Virus record (IMG/VR): IMGVR_UViG_3300006137_000088
Reading direction: 5' to 3' (one strand)
DNA from: an uncultured virus (IMG/VR IMGVR_UViG_3300006137_000088)
Lineage: Duplodnaviria > Heunggongvirae > Uroviricota > Caudoviricetes
Length of the DNA stretch: 64,000 nucleotides
Below are positions 8,487 through 17,277 of this stretch, piece after piece (position 1 is the first letter of the stretch; every line of letters begins with the position of its first letter). A model generated the notes under the pieces. The model ran no database searches, was not told the origin of the DNA, and worked only from the letters and a program-made list of their open reading frames with translations. The position numbers and the translations under genes are program-made.

Positions 8487-9010
8487 TTTTGAAAATCTTT
8501 AACTGTAAGTCGTTTGAATTTTGTATCGGCCGGCACGATATGCCAGTGAAGTCTGTTCTGACTATATCCACAGTACACGAAAAGGAAATGCTCAATCAGT
8601 TCATCTTCCTCATCAGGGATTTCATAGAAGTAGTCGTATTCTTCGTTGTCAATCAACCATTGGGGTAACTGACAGTGAAGCCACTCTCTCTTCACTTTAA
8701 TGATTGCGACAACCGGAGTATCAGTATCACAATCAATGATTGCAATGTGGATTTCTTCGTTCATTCGTTTTTGGAAGGCTTCTCCCCATTCTCCCAGCAC
8801 CCTTTGATTGACTGGAAGCTGAACCGGGAAGTCGGGATGATATTCGAGGTCAACGGTTTCTTGGAAAGCCTGACCAATCGCTTCAGCTGTAGGATTACCT
8901 GCCTTTCTTTCGCGCTCATAACACTTTTTGAAGTATTTATCAAAAGTGTGACGCCAGGCTATATCAGATTGAGGGGGTATTGCCATATCACCAACAATTA
9001 TTTGAAACAA
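8483..9010 (-). CDS. Hypothetical protein
   Basis: 175-aa ORF in a packed minus-strand cluster. Confidence 0.65.
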   Translation of the reverse strand: MFQIIVGDMAIPPQSDIAWRHTFDKYFKKCYERERKAGNPTAEAIGQAFQETVDLEYHPDFPVQLPVNQRVLGEWGEAFQKRMNEEIHIAIIDCDTDTPVVAIIKVKREWLHCQLPQWLIDNEEYDYFYEIPDEEDELIEHFLFVYCGYSQNRLHWHIVPADTKFKRLTVKDFQK

Positions 9011-9269
9011 AATCAGCTATTTCACTCGCCTCTCCATATTCCAGCTCATCAGGAATGTAGAAGAAAATCTCTTCATCAACGGCGGCTGCTTCAGCATTAA
9101 GTGGATTGCCTGAAGAGTCTATCAACAATCCTTCAAGGGACTCAACCGATACAGAAACCTCAATGGTTTTCATATTTTGTGCCGAATCCTCATCGCTTTG
9201 GTCAACGATATAGATGTCAAACACTGGATAGTGTTCGCCATTATATTCTATGTATCTATCGGGTATCAT
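8988..9269 (-). CDS. Hypothetical acidic protein
   Basis: 93-aa ORF. Confidence 0.65.
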   Translation of the reverse strand: MIPDRYIEYNGEHYPVFDIYIVDQSDEDSAQNMKTIEVSVSVESLEGLLIDSSGNPLNAEAAAVDEEIFFYIPDELEYGEASEIADFVSNNCW

Positions 9270-9271
9270 AA

Positions 9272-9601
9272 TTAAAAGGGTAAAGACTTAGAAGTTTCGC
9301 CCATCAGGTCAACTGCAAGACCATTTGGGCAGAGTTTATCAAACCAGTGCCAGATGTCAAAGCGGGATGTTCCAGCTTCCCAGAAATAGAAAGGGGTTTC
9401 AATCTCATCTTCATCATTGATTGGAGTATTAGCGAATTTGCTCCACATCTCCTGAAGTTCCCATAAGTAAGCGTCCTTTTCAATGCGAGCTTTTATTCTT
9501 GCTAATATGTAAGGACTTCTTGGGGCATCTGGATCGAAGAAGCAACCCTCTTCAGAAAAAGTGGGAAGGCGTTGATTGTCTTTTGCCTCATAATATCTCG
9601 T
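9272..9601 (-). pseudogene. 5'-truncated gene remnant at the prophage left junction
   Basis: Open frame of 109 codons (TRYYEAKDNQRLPTFSEEG...FDIWHWFDKLCPNGLAVDLMGETSKSLPF*) with no start at its 5' end; an in-frame TAG spans the junction at 9602-9604. Confidence 0.65.
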
Positions 9602-9611
9602 CTATAATCGC

Positions 9612-9650
9612 AAAAACGAAACGTGCAACTTTCAAAAACGAAACGAGCAA
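9612..9650 (+). repeat. Left-end transposase-binding repeats
   Basis: AAAAACGAAACGTGCAA (9612-9628) and AAAAACGAAACGAGCAA (9634-9650). Confidence 0.85.
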
Positions 9651-9788
9651 ATCTTCTCTTTTTTCGCTTCCTTTTTTCTCTTGCTCTTTCGACCGCTTAA
9701 ACACCAGTTAAAAGCCGATTTCAAGCCGCTTAAACAGGCTTAAAATCGGCTTTGCTTTTGTTCTCCGGCTTCTGTCGTCGCTCTTGCC

Positions 9789-10433
9789 TCAGACATTCAG
9801 GTCAAACCTCACAGCTTCATTTCCGGCCAAAAGTTCGCGTGTTCTCTCTACGTTGTTAGCGTAAATGTGAACGTTTCCCAGATTCAGCGTGATAGATTTT
9901 AACGGCGCTTCTATTTGTCGCGCTATCAAATACAAATGGTAAATGTCAGCTGGTAAACCTAAGTTTGCGTCGCTGCTTCGCTGATAAGCCGACAAAACCA
10001 ATTCGCCGTCTTCGAGCTGGAACTGAATAAGGCTTAAACATGGTGCTTGGTTCGTTTCCGCTCCTGTTGAGCCTAAGAAGAGCACATAATTTTTGCTGTT
10101 TCGCTTTTCCCGGTTAATCTGCTCAATCAAAGCCGGCAATTTCTCAAAATAGGTCGGATAACTGTTGATGAGAATTTGCCCGCAATAATCCCACCAGTTT
10201 ATCCCGGCTTCTCGGTACTTGGTCAGGTCTCTTTCGCCTGCCATAAACAGGCTAAGTTCGTTGCGCAGCTTTTTGCGTGCGATGTTGTGGCTCTCGAAAA
10301 TCTCCAGCAGGTCATAAGGCGACAAACTCAGCTGCTCATTGAGCAAATAGATTATGTCGCCTTTTTTATTACTCTGTCGTTTGCCGTGCTGCAATATCTT
10401 GCCGAGCATGGCGTAATACTTGTTTGGTGTCAT
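9789..10433 (-). CDS. Thymidylate synthase-family protein (possible dCMP methylase/hydroxymethylase)
   Basis: APC catalytic Cys, YQRSSD.NLGLPADI, GNVHIY; likely start MTPNKYY at 10433. Confidence 0.85.
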   Translation of the reverse strand: MTPNKYYAMLGKILQHGKRQSNKKGDIIYLLNEQLSLSPYDLLEIFESHNIARKKLRNELSLFMAGERDLTKYREAGINWWDYCGQILINSYPTYFEKLPALIEQINREKRNSKNYVLFLGSTGAETNQAPCLSLIQFQLEDGELVLSAYQRSSDANLGLPADIYHLYLIARQIEAPLKSITLNLGNVHIYANNVERTRELLAGNEAVRFDLNV

Positions 10434-10485
10434 TCGGCGCGAATTTAGCCCGTTTCTGTGAGTTCTGGGGCATTTCTCGGCTGCA

Positions 10486-10728
10486 TCATAGTGAAGCAGC
10501 TTTGCAGTCATTTCCCAGACGCTTCACAATGTCGTAAACACTGCGCTCACTCATATTGTACTGCTTGGCCAGACAGGCGACAACATAGCTTATCTTTTCA
10601 CCTCGCTGCTTTGCCCTGCCGAAGTCCTCGAACATGGCAATATATTTATGATCCGACGGCTTTACGCCGGCTTTTTCCAGCTTTTCAATCACTCCACCGC
10701 ACAATTTTAATGCTTCGTACACTGTCAT
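10486..10728 (-). CDS. Small HTH (Mor-like) DNA-binding protein
   Basis: LAKQYNMSERSVYDIVKRL helix-turn-helix. Confidence 0.65.
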   Translation of the reverse strand: MTVYEALKLCGGVIEKLEKAGVKPSDHKYIAMFEDFGRAKQRGEKISYVVACLAKQYNMSERSVYDIVKRLGNDCKAASL

Positions 10729-10742
10729 TCAGCATTTTTTCG

Positions 10743-10878
10743 TAATTTTGCAACTCCTACGACATTCAACAGTAACACCCAAAGGGCGTCGAAGGCATTT
10801 TGCCCCCGGCTTTTGCCCTTTGGGTGTTTGTATTTGTATGTCGTAGGAAAACTGCAAATCAAGCCGGGGGCTTTTTCT
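10743..10878. ncRNA. Structured intergenic RNA / cis-regulatory element
   Basis: Stems 10756-65/10838-47 and 10774-87/10815-28; loop segment 10802-12 complementary to 10861-71; TAATTTTG at 10743 on +. Confidence 0.5.
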
Positions 10879-10903
10879 ATGCCCCAGCGCTTGGCTGTGT
10901 CGG

Positions 10904-11731
10904 TCAGAGCTTGGTTATCATCATATCGTTAAATTTAGCCTGATAGTTCAGGGTGTTTGTCCTCATGCGGACCGTCGCGCCATACATGGGCGCTGCTTCG
11001 CCGTATTCCTCGGCCATGAACTGGCAGAGCTCCACGATTTGCGACTTGTCGGAAGTGAAATAAATGTATTTCGTGCCCCGGAGCAGACGCAACACGCTGA
11101 GATAGTCGGTCAGCTTCCAATAGTTCTCATACATTCCGCACTCGGTCGTAAGATACGGCGGATCCAGCACGAACAACGCCCGGCTGTTGCCGCGCTCACG
11201 CTCGAACAGTTCCCGGTAGTCCATGTGAACTATTTCCAGCCCGTCCAGATAGCCGTCGCACTCATACGCGCCCGGTCTTACGCGGTTATACATAGTATGC
11301 TTGCGCAGCTCGTCCAGACTTGTAACCCATTTGCCGGAGAAAAGCACCGACCGCCCAATTGTCAGAATGTCCACCCAGCCGAGGCGGTTCTGCGCGTCGT
11401 TGACAATAGCCAGAACATCGGCACGCTCCCAATCTGTCAGCCGCTGGTTAGGCTCCAGCCCGGTTAAACGCTCTTTAATGGCCGCTAAAATGGCGTTTGT
11501 GTCCTCCACTGCCGCCAGGCGGCGGTCGTAATGGTCAAAGTCGTTATAAATCACCTTGCACCCCGGCAACACCCTTTTGGCCGTGTGCGACAGCAGCCCG
11601 GAGCCTCCGAAAAGGTCGACCACTGTGTCAATCTGTCCCTCCACCCGCTCCAGCACCTCGGCGAAGTCCCGGAGAAAATAGCGCTTTTGCCCCATGAACG
11701 GAAGCGGTGCGCATTTGTAGGTCCTACTCAT
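10904..11731 (-). CDS. DNA adenine methyltransferase (Dam/D12-like)
   Basis: PLPFMGQKR, DLFGGSG (motif I), LDPPY (motif IV). Confidence 0.88.
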   Translation of the reverse strand: MSRTYKCAPLPFMGQKRYFLRDFAEVLERVEGQIDTVVDLFGGSGLLSHTAKRVLPGCKVIYNDFDHYDRRLAAVEDTNAILAAIKERLTGLEPNQRLTDWERADVLAIVNDAQNRLGWVDILTIGRSVLFSGKWVTSLDELRKHTMYNRVRPGAYECDGYLDGLEIVHMDYRELFERERGNSRALFVLDPPYLTTECGMYENYWKLTDYLSVLRLLRGTKYIYFTSDKSQIVELCQFMAEEYGEAAPMYGATVRMRTNTLNYQAKFNDMMITKL

Positions 11732-11830
11732 TCAGCATAATTTCATTTTTTAAGTTTGGCGCGCTGGGGCGGCAGCAATTACCCCCCCCCTAAAAATTCG
11801 CGCGTAATTAGCAAGTTTCCTGCTCATTAT

Positions 11831-11861
11831 TTTGTGGTGTTATCAATTATTATTAACTTTG
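11831..11861 (+). promoter_or_regulatory. Bacteroidetes sigmaA promoter
   Basis: TTTG (11831-34), 19-nt spacer, TAACTTTG (11854-61). Confidence 0.7.
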
Positions 11862-12164
11862 CACCAAAGTTAGAACATCTTCAAAAGTCCGTTTGTAGCC
11901 CCGATATGCACCGTTTTACTCCTTTCCCGTTATTGAAAAGTGTTTGTTAGCTGAGGCGACGTTCAAGTCCCTGGATTGGGGACTTTCGACAAATGAAGCG
12001 TTTACCCTTTCAGGTTCATAGGGTATTTCAACCTTTGGGTCCCTTTGCTTGCTGTTCTTCTCCGCGTGGCGAAGATGCCACCGAACGATGTTGAACAGTC
12101 CGACAGTATCAAAATTTTTATTCTGTCCTGATGTGCGTACAATGTGTTTCGACCGCAGGGACTT

Positions 12165-12194
12165 AAAAGTGGAGTTCATCACCCCACTTTTTTT
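12165..12194 (+). terminator. Intrinsic terminator (possibly bidirectional)
   Basis: AAAAGTGG...CCACTTTTTTT. Confidence 0.6.
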
Positions 12195-12215
12195 ATGCCC
12201 TTATTTATCGATTGA

Positions 12216-13538
12216 TTAGTCAAGCGAGAAAGTGCGGAGAAACGAATAAGTTGCCGTTTGAGGCCCTAACACTTTGGATTTATACTGGCTTATGCGGTAT
12301 TTCATGCGCACTATCTCGCCGCCGCTGTCCTTGCCCCCCGTGGGCTTGAGCCTGGCTATCTGTACGCCGATAGGCGCATAAGCCTTGTGGCACGTTCCTT
12401 TGGTGTTCTTGGTCGTTTTCAGCACTATTTTTTTGCGGTTGCCCTGTATGCGGTAGAAGCCACCTGTACCCACATAGAAAAGCGACGCGCAGAGCGTCGG
12501 CAGCTCCTTGCCTATCAGGTTGGAGTCAGTCTTGGGGTCGGCCACGCCTATGCACTTGGGTACATACCATTTGCCGGGCTCGCCTTTGCTCAGGCGTATG
12601 CCCTTGAAATGCACATACTGGCTTTTCGGCTGTCTTTTCTGGCGCTTCCCTTTGTTCTTGGTGTATGACTTTGCACCGCCCGTCCGACGGTAGGAGCTGC
12701 GCTTTTTCTTGCGCAGCAGCACGATGTCGCAGTCTGCACCCAGCGCGCCGTGCCGCAGATACACGGTCGACCGAACGATTTTAACATCTAAGTGCATGGC
12801 TGTTTCAAGCTGCTGGCTCCACGCACCCCAGGCCGCGCCGTTCCATGTGCGCACGTAGTGGCAGTCGTCGCCCTGGATTATCTCCTGGCGTACTCTGGCG
12901 CTGCCTTGGGCTGTTACCACGACCGTATAATCGGCAGACCCGAAAAGCGACACGCTCCCGGTGCATGACAGCACACACGCCGTTTTAAGCCCGTCGAGCT
13001 GCTTCTGCGTAAGTCCTTGCACGGTCTTGGCGGTCAGCTTCTCGGCCAAAACATCTTTCAGGTAGGTTAAAACCGTCTGGGGCATGTTCTTTATCTGGCC
13101 TGCCAGCACGGCATTGGTCGGAAACGCTTCCAGCTGTCTGCCGTTCACGTTCACAAAACTGTTGATGTCGTAGCTCTCCGCGCCCTTGGCGGTAGTGAAC
13201 TGTGCCACGCGCAGTGTCCGCGCTTCCTTGTAGGTTTCCGCGTCAGCCTTGATGTCCTCGGAGGTGGTCGTTATGGTCAGGTATCTGACCGAAATACCGA
13301 ACACGGGGCGCGGCACTATTTCCACGACCTCGGTCTGCTTGTCGGTGTTCTCTATGACAGCCACACCGCCGACGGTGCCGTTGGGGGCTTTCAGTATGTA
13401 GTTGACACCTCCGACACCGGCCAGCAACTCCAGCAGTTTTATTTGATCCTGGATAAAGTCGAGTGTTTCGGTCGAAAGGGGGTATTTGCCGACGCCGCCC
13501 GTGGCGGTTCTGGTGTCGGTGTAGCTTGCTGTTTTCAT
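12216..13538 (-). CDS. Putative tail fibre / baseplate-associated protein
   Basis: Position after baseplate genes; RQE...YVRTWNGAAWGAW pattern seen in fibre proteins. Confidence 0.55.
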   Translation of the reverse strand: MKTASYTDTRTATGGVGKYPLSTETLDFIQDQIKLLELLAGVGGVNYILKAPNGTVGGVAVIENTDKQTEVVEIVPRPVFGISVRYLTITTTSEDIKADAETYKEARTLRVAQFTTAKGAESYDINSFVNVNGRQLEAFPTNAVLAGQIKNMPQTVLTYLKDVLAEKLTAKTVQGLTQKQLDGLKTACVLSCTGSVSLFGSADYTVVVTAQGSARVRQEIIQGDDCHYVRTWNGAAWGAWSQQLETAMHLDVKIVRSTVYLRHGALGADCDIVLLRKKKRSSYRRTGGAKSYTKNKGKRQKRQPKSQYVHFKGIRLSKGEPGKWYVPKCIGVADPKTDSNLIGKELPTLCASLFYVGTGGFYRIQGNRKKIVLKTTKNTKGTCHKAYAPIGVQIARLKPTGGKDSGGEIVRMKYRISQYKSKVLGPQTATYSFLRTFSLD

Positions 13539-14074
13539 TTTTTCCGCGTTATGGGGATTATCTCACTTGTAAACGGATTGCGGCCTATGACAATAGGGTT
13601 GCCCGTCTTGACATAGTGCGCCCGTTTTGTTATAAGTTTGTATTTATCCACCATCGCTTTAATCTCTGCGAGTTTTGCCCAGGCACGGGCAGGCACAAAC
13701 ACAATGAAGTCGTTTTGTGCCATATTCAGCATTTGCTCACTGTAAACGACAGGCACACCCGGACCCGGCTCGCCCACAGTTACGGGAATTTGTTCCCCGC
13801 TCTCGGTAACGGCATAGAGCCACTCGCCCTCCTGCTTCATGCTCCCTATCTTGAAGCCGTTGCCGAAATAATGGTTAAGCACGCCGCGCAAATAACACAC
13901 TTGCCCGTTGTGGGTAAGCCTGAATATATGCCCGGCACGCGCGTTTGTAAACTCGCCATAGACGCGCTCCACTCCCACCGCCCCGGCACGCAGCAGCCCG
14001 AAAATCAACGGGCGCCGGAGCCAGGACGGCAGCAGCAGGACGATAAGACGCTTAAAATCTATTTCAAACATCAT
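13535..14074 (-). CDS. Putative baseplate wedge protein
   Basis: LLLPSWLRRP...NGQVCYLRGVLN; follows the J-like gene. Confidence 0.6.
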   Translation of the reverse strand: MMFEIDFKRLIVLLLPSWLRRPLIFGLLRAGAVGVERVYGEFTNARAGHIFRLTHNGQVCYLRGVLNHYFGNGFKIGSMKQEGEWLYAVTESGEQIPVTVGEPGPGVPVVYSEQMLNMAQNDFIVFVPARAWAKLAEIKAMVDKYKLITKRAHYVKTGNPIVIGRNPFTSEIIPITRKK

Positions 14075-14937
14075 TCTATGGCATTATAGGGTTGATAGTC
14101 CACTGTGAGCGCGTCGATGCTGTAATAGCCGCTGAACGGGCGGTCGTAGCCCTCCACGGTCTGCCACTCGGCACCGTTGCGCGGCTTCACTTTTACGCTC
14201 TTGATGTCTGCCACCTCCACGCACGGCAAAGCCTGTAACGCAGCCATGAGGTCGCTCTTGCGGAACATGCCGTTAAACGGCAGGTTTTCGATTACCTGTT
14301 TTGTGGTCTCGCGCACGGGGTCTTTGCCGTTCTGGCTGCCGTTGCCGTTGGCGTCGATAATCAGTAGCGTGGGGTCGTAGTATATCAGCAGGGAAATGCG
14401 CATCTGGTCGGCCGGCTCATTACGGAGCTGCACCGACACGCCGGCGTCCTTAATCTCGTTCATGTAAGATGTCAGGCCCTCCAGCTGCCCGGCGGTAAGC
14501 GCCGCGGGGTTTCCGTCCACCTCTCGGGCGACCTTGATATAAACCACCGTGTTGCTCTCCGTCGCCACGGCATATTTTACGACCTTGGCGGCGGCGATGT
14601 CCTGTTCAGTCATGCCCTCCGTGTCGTAATAGTCGCAGTCCGTTACGAGCTTCTGCCCCTGCATATACGCCTTGGCCTTGCTCACATACCACCGCAGCGT
14701 GTGGGGCTCCAGCTGTTCAATCCGCGCGTCAACATCTGCACGGTGCAGGTCGAACAGTTTCTCAAGCGCCCAGACCGCAACGGCGAAAACATAAAAGATT
14801 ATGTTCTCCAGACTGGCCATGCTGAAACAGTCGGCAAAGCTCTTTGAGCCGTCAAGCCCATAACGGGACTTGACCGCCTCCATTTTCATGAACTCGGCGG
14901 TCATGTCCTTTTTGATTTCCTCAACAGTCCGGGCCAT
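14071..14937 (-). CDS. Baseplate J-like protein
   Basis: MARTVEEIK, PHTLRWY, YMNEIKDAGV; Bacteroidetes myovirus gene context. Confidence 0.65.
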   Translation of the reverse strand: MARTVEEIKKDMTAEFMKMEAVKSRYGLDGSKSFADCFSMASLENIIFYVFAVAVWALEKLFDLHRADVDARIEQLEPHTLRWYVSKAKAYMQGQKLVTDCDYYDTEGMTEQDIAAAKVVKYAVATESNTVVYIKVAREVDGNPAALTAGQLEGLTSYMNEIKDAGVSVQLRNEPADQMRISLLIYYDPTLLIIDANGNGSQNGKDPVRETTKQVIENLPFNGMFRKSDLMAALQALPCVEVADIKSVKVKPRNGAEWQTVEGYDRPFSGYYSIDALTVDYQPYNAIE

Positions 14938-14948
14938 ATCCGTGCGGT

Positions 14949-15320
14949 TTAGTTACGGGCCAGCAATTCGTCCACCTGTGCCTTGCAGCTGCTCCGCACC
15001 TGCGCGAATTGCTCCAGCTCGGCGGCGTGTTCCGGCGTGTCCGTGCCGTTGGCCAGCACGGCGATCTGGGCGTCCATGTCGTAATGCGTCCCGATTAGTC
15101 CGGCCACGAATTTGTCGCGGCGGTTCTCGGCCGTTACGCCTGTCGCCTCAATCATGGTGCCACCGTCGGGCATGTCGCCCGAATAGCTGAATCCGGGCGT
15201 GCTCTCGCCCGTTTCCTCGTTGGCTATTTCGGCCGGCTGCTCGTTCAGATAGAGCAGCACGTGGCCGTTGTCGAAGATTTCAAACTTTTTGCGCTCTGTG
15301 TAGCTTGCTGTCTGCTTCAT
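14949..15320 (-). CDS. Hypothetical protein (DGR accessory or fibre-assembly protein)
   Basis: 123 aa directly downstream of the DGR RT. Confidence 0.65.
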   Translation of the reverse strand: MKQTASYTERKKFEIFDNGHVLLYLNEQPAEIANEETGESTPGFSYSGDMPDGGTMIEATGVTAENRRDKFVAGLIGTHYDMDAQIAVLANGTDTPEHAAELEQFAQVRSSCKAQVDELLARN

Positions 15321-15332
15321 TGTTTTTTTGTT

Positions 15333-16694
15333 TTAGTCGTCGGGGTCCACGAGTTTATAAAAACATCGCTTTCCGTCGCCGATCGGTTGTTTGATTAGTT
15401 TGGCCCTGAGCGGTTCCGTTATCTCCACGCCCTCCAGCTGGCGGATCAGCGCCTGGCTGCCGGTGAAGGTGATATGCTCCACCCAGTCAGTTACCGGCTG
15501 CCCCGAGTCGTCGATTACCGGGCGGCTCTGCCCGTCCGGACCCGTTTCCGTCAGCGGCTCCTCTATTGAGTATTGCAGCGTCAGGCACGGTTCCGAATTG
15601 TGCTTCGACGGGGCCAGTTTGTAGCCCGTCAGGTGGATTTCCCGGTTCAGGATTGCATCGACATGGTACTTGGTACCCGTCAGGTTGCCCGATGTCTTGG
15701 GCACAAGATCACTAAATTTTTTCATATTGAGAACTTTGAATAAGTGTTTACTGTCGCAGTGTAGCATGAAGCCCGCCCGGCTCGCCGTCAGCAGCATTAC
15801 TTCAGCCTCCGGCACCCCGGCTTTCCTCAGCTTCGCCAGCTCTCTGCATAGTCCCTGCTTGTTTTTCTTGCGTGCCAGGCAGTGAGTGTGAAACGTAACG
15901 TAACCCACAAAGTCAATGCCCCGGCTTTCCACCGGGAAAACCTGGTAATTGCCTTTAAGGTCCACATGCCGCTCCTCGTTCAGCCAGTCGTTGATAAGCA
16001 CCAGCCAGCCGTGCAGCGTCGGTTTGTCCCCGGCAAGCAGCACCATGTCGTCGGCGTAGCGGTAATAATACCGCACCCCGGCCACCTCTTTGAGCAGGTG
16101 GTCGAGTTCCGACAGGTAGAGATTAGCGAAGTATTGGGAAATATAATTGCCGATTGGCACCCCCGGCGCGCTGTCGATTATGCCGTCAAGCAGCCAGAGC
16201 ACCTCCGGGTCCTTGATTTTACGACGCACCACGGCTTTCATCTTGTCGTGGTCTATGCTCGGGTAAAACTTGCGCACGTCCAGCTTCAGGCAGTACGCCG
16301 TCCCCTCCGGGTCGTTCCTCAGGTCCTCGCGCAGCTTCCGCAGCAGTGAGTGCATGCCGCGCCCCTTTATGCAGGCATGCGTGTCGGCGGTAAACTGTGG
16401 CGTCCATATAGGTTCAAGCACCTGCATGATCGCCCAGTGTACCACTCGGTCACGGAATGGCAGTTTATAGATTTCACGGCGTTTGCCCTCGTATTTTATA
16501 AAAACATCATAGGGGCTGGTCTTGTACCGTTTTTCTGTCAGTTCCCGGTGCAGCTGCGCCAGGTTCTCCTCCAGATTGGTGAAAAATGCCGTTACCTCAT
16601 CGCGCTTGCGCTTGCCGCTGGCGGCGTTGTGCGCCGCCTCCCGCAAGTTGTCTATGTCGCAAATGCGCGCATACAAATTGCCATATCTTTTCAT
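15333..16694 (-). CDS. DGR reverse transcriptase with ~130-aa C-terminal extension
   Basis: MKRYGNLY, LPFRDRVVH, KLDVRKFYPSI, GVPIGNYISQ, RYADD, IDFVGY. Confidence 0.95.
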   Translation of the reverse strand: MKRYGNLYARICDIDNLREAAHNAASGKRKRDEVTAFFTNLEENLAQLHRELTEKRYKTSPYDVFIKYEGKRREIYKLPFRDRVVHWAIMQVLEPIWTPQFTADTHACIKGRGMHSLLRKLREDLRNDPEGTAYCLKLDVRKFYPSIDHDKMKAVVRRKIKDPEVLWLLDGIIDSAPGVPIGNYISQYFANLYLSELDHLLKEVAGVRYYYRYADDMVLLAGDKPTLHGWLVLINDWLNEERHVDLKGNYQVFPVESRGIDFVGYVTFHTHCLARKKNKQGLCRELAKLRKAGVPEAEVMLLTASRAGFMLHCDSKHLFKVLNMKKFSDLVPKTSGNLTGTKYHVDAILNREIHLTGYKLAPSKHNSEPCLTLQYSIEEPLTETGPDGQSRPVIDDSGQPVTDWVEHITFTGSQALIRQLEGVEITEPLRAKLIKQPIGDGKRCFYKLVDPDD

Positions 16695-16865
16695 TTCGGG
16701 TCATCGGGTCTGTCTTTGGGTTTTGGGTCTGCAATGCTCGCTTCGGAAGCTGTCGAAGCCGCCACATTCGGCGGCCCTACCGGCACCCTCTGCATCGGTT
16801 GTTATCTTCTGCCATGCGGCACGGTCCGGCCCCTCTGTCGCGTTTGTTTTTGTTCGAGCCTGTAT

Positions 16866-16980
16866 AGGGGCGACGAGTAGTTCGCATTCGCATTCGTAGC
16901 CGTGTTGTTCGCATTCGCATTGAACGCGCCCGCATTCGTGCCATTGTTCGCGTGACCGCCAGCAGCACGGACCCGGAGGC
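16866..16980 (-). repeat. DGR template repeat (TR)
   Basis: 115-bp match to 17315-17429 with 16 mismatches, all at TR adenines (sense strand); AAY-rich. Confidence 0.97.
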
Positions 16981-17026
16981 TCCCTACTGCCGGGGTCGCA
17001 ACCGGTCAAACCGTCGTTTGACACTG

Positions 17027-17034
17027 CAAATTTA
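17027..17034 (-). promoter_or_regulatory. -7 promoter element for the TR-RT transcript
   Basis: TAAATTTG on minus, followed by hairpin GTCAAAC-N4-GTTTGAC (17005-17022) just upstream of TR. Confidence 0.6.
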
Positions 17035-17277
17035 ACAATTTTTTTTGCAGACGGCCACGCCCGGAACTGATTATCCCGATTTTCCAAAAATTTTCGCCCG
17101 CCTGCGGCGTGGTTGGGATTGCTCCCGCTCACCCCGCCGCAACTGCGTTTCTCTGTCCTCTCTATTCCAAAATTTCAATGAACTTTCGCGCGCTCCCCGG
17201 CTCTCCGGCTCCCGCGCCCTGCTGTCCTTTCACTCCGGCTCCCGGTCCGGTCGTTTTCGTTTTGCGCTTCGCGCCGT

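Noticed and set aside
9590..9610. TG...CA termini and a 5-bp target-site duplication
   Set aside because: Not found at positions symmetric to the end motifs; ends read TAT...ATA and the flanks differ
16701..17132. 143-aa and 63-aa ORFs over TR as an avd gene
   Set aside because: Low-complexity translations of TR and its leader; no Avd-like helical pattern
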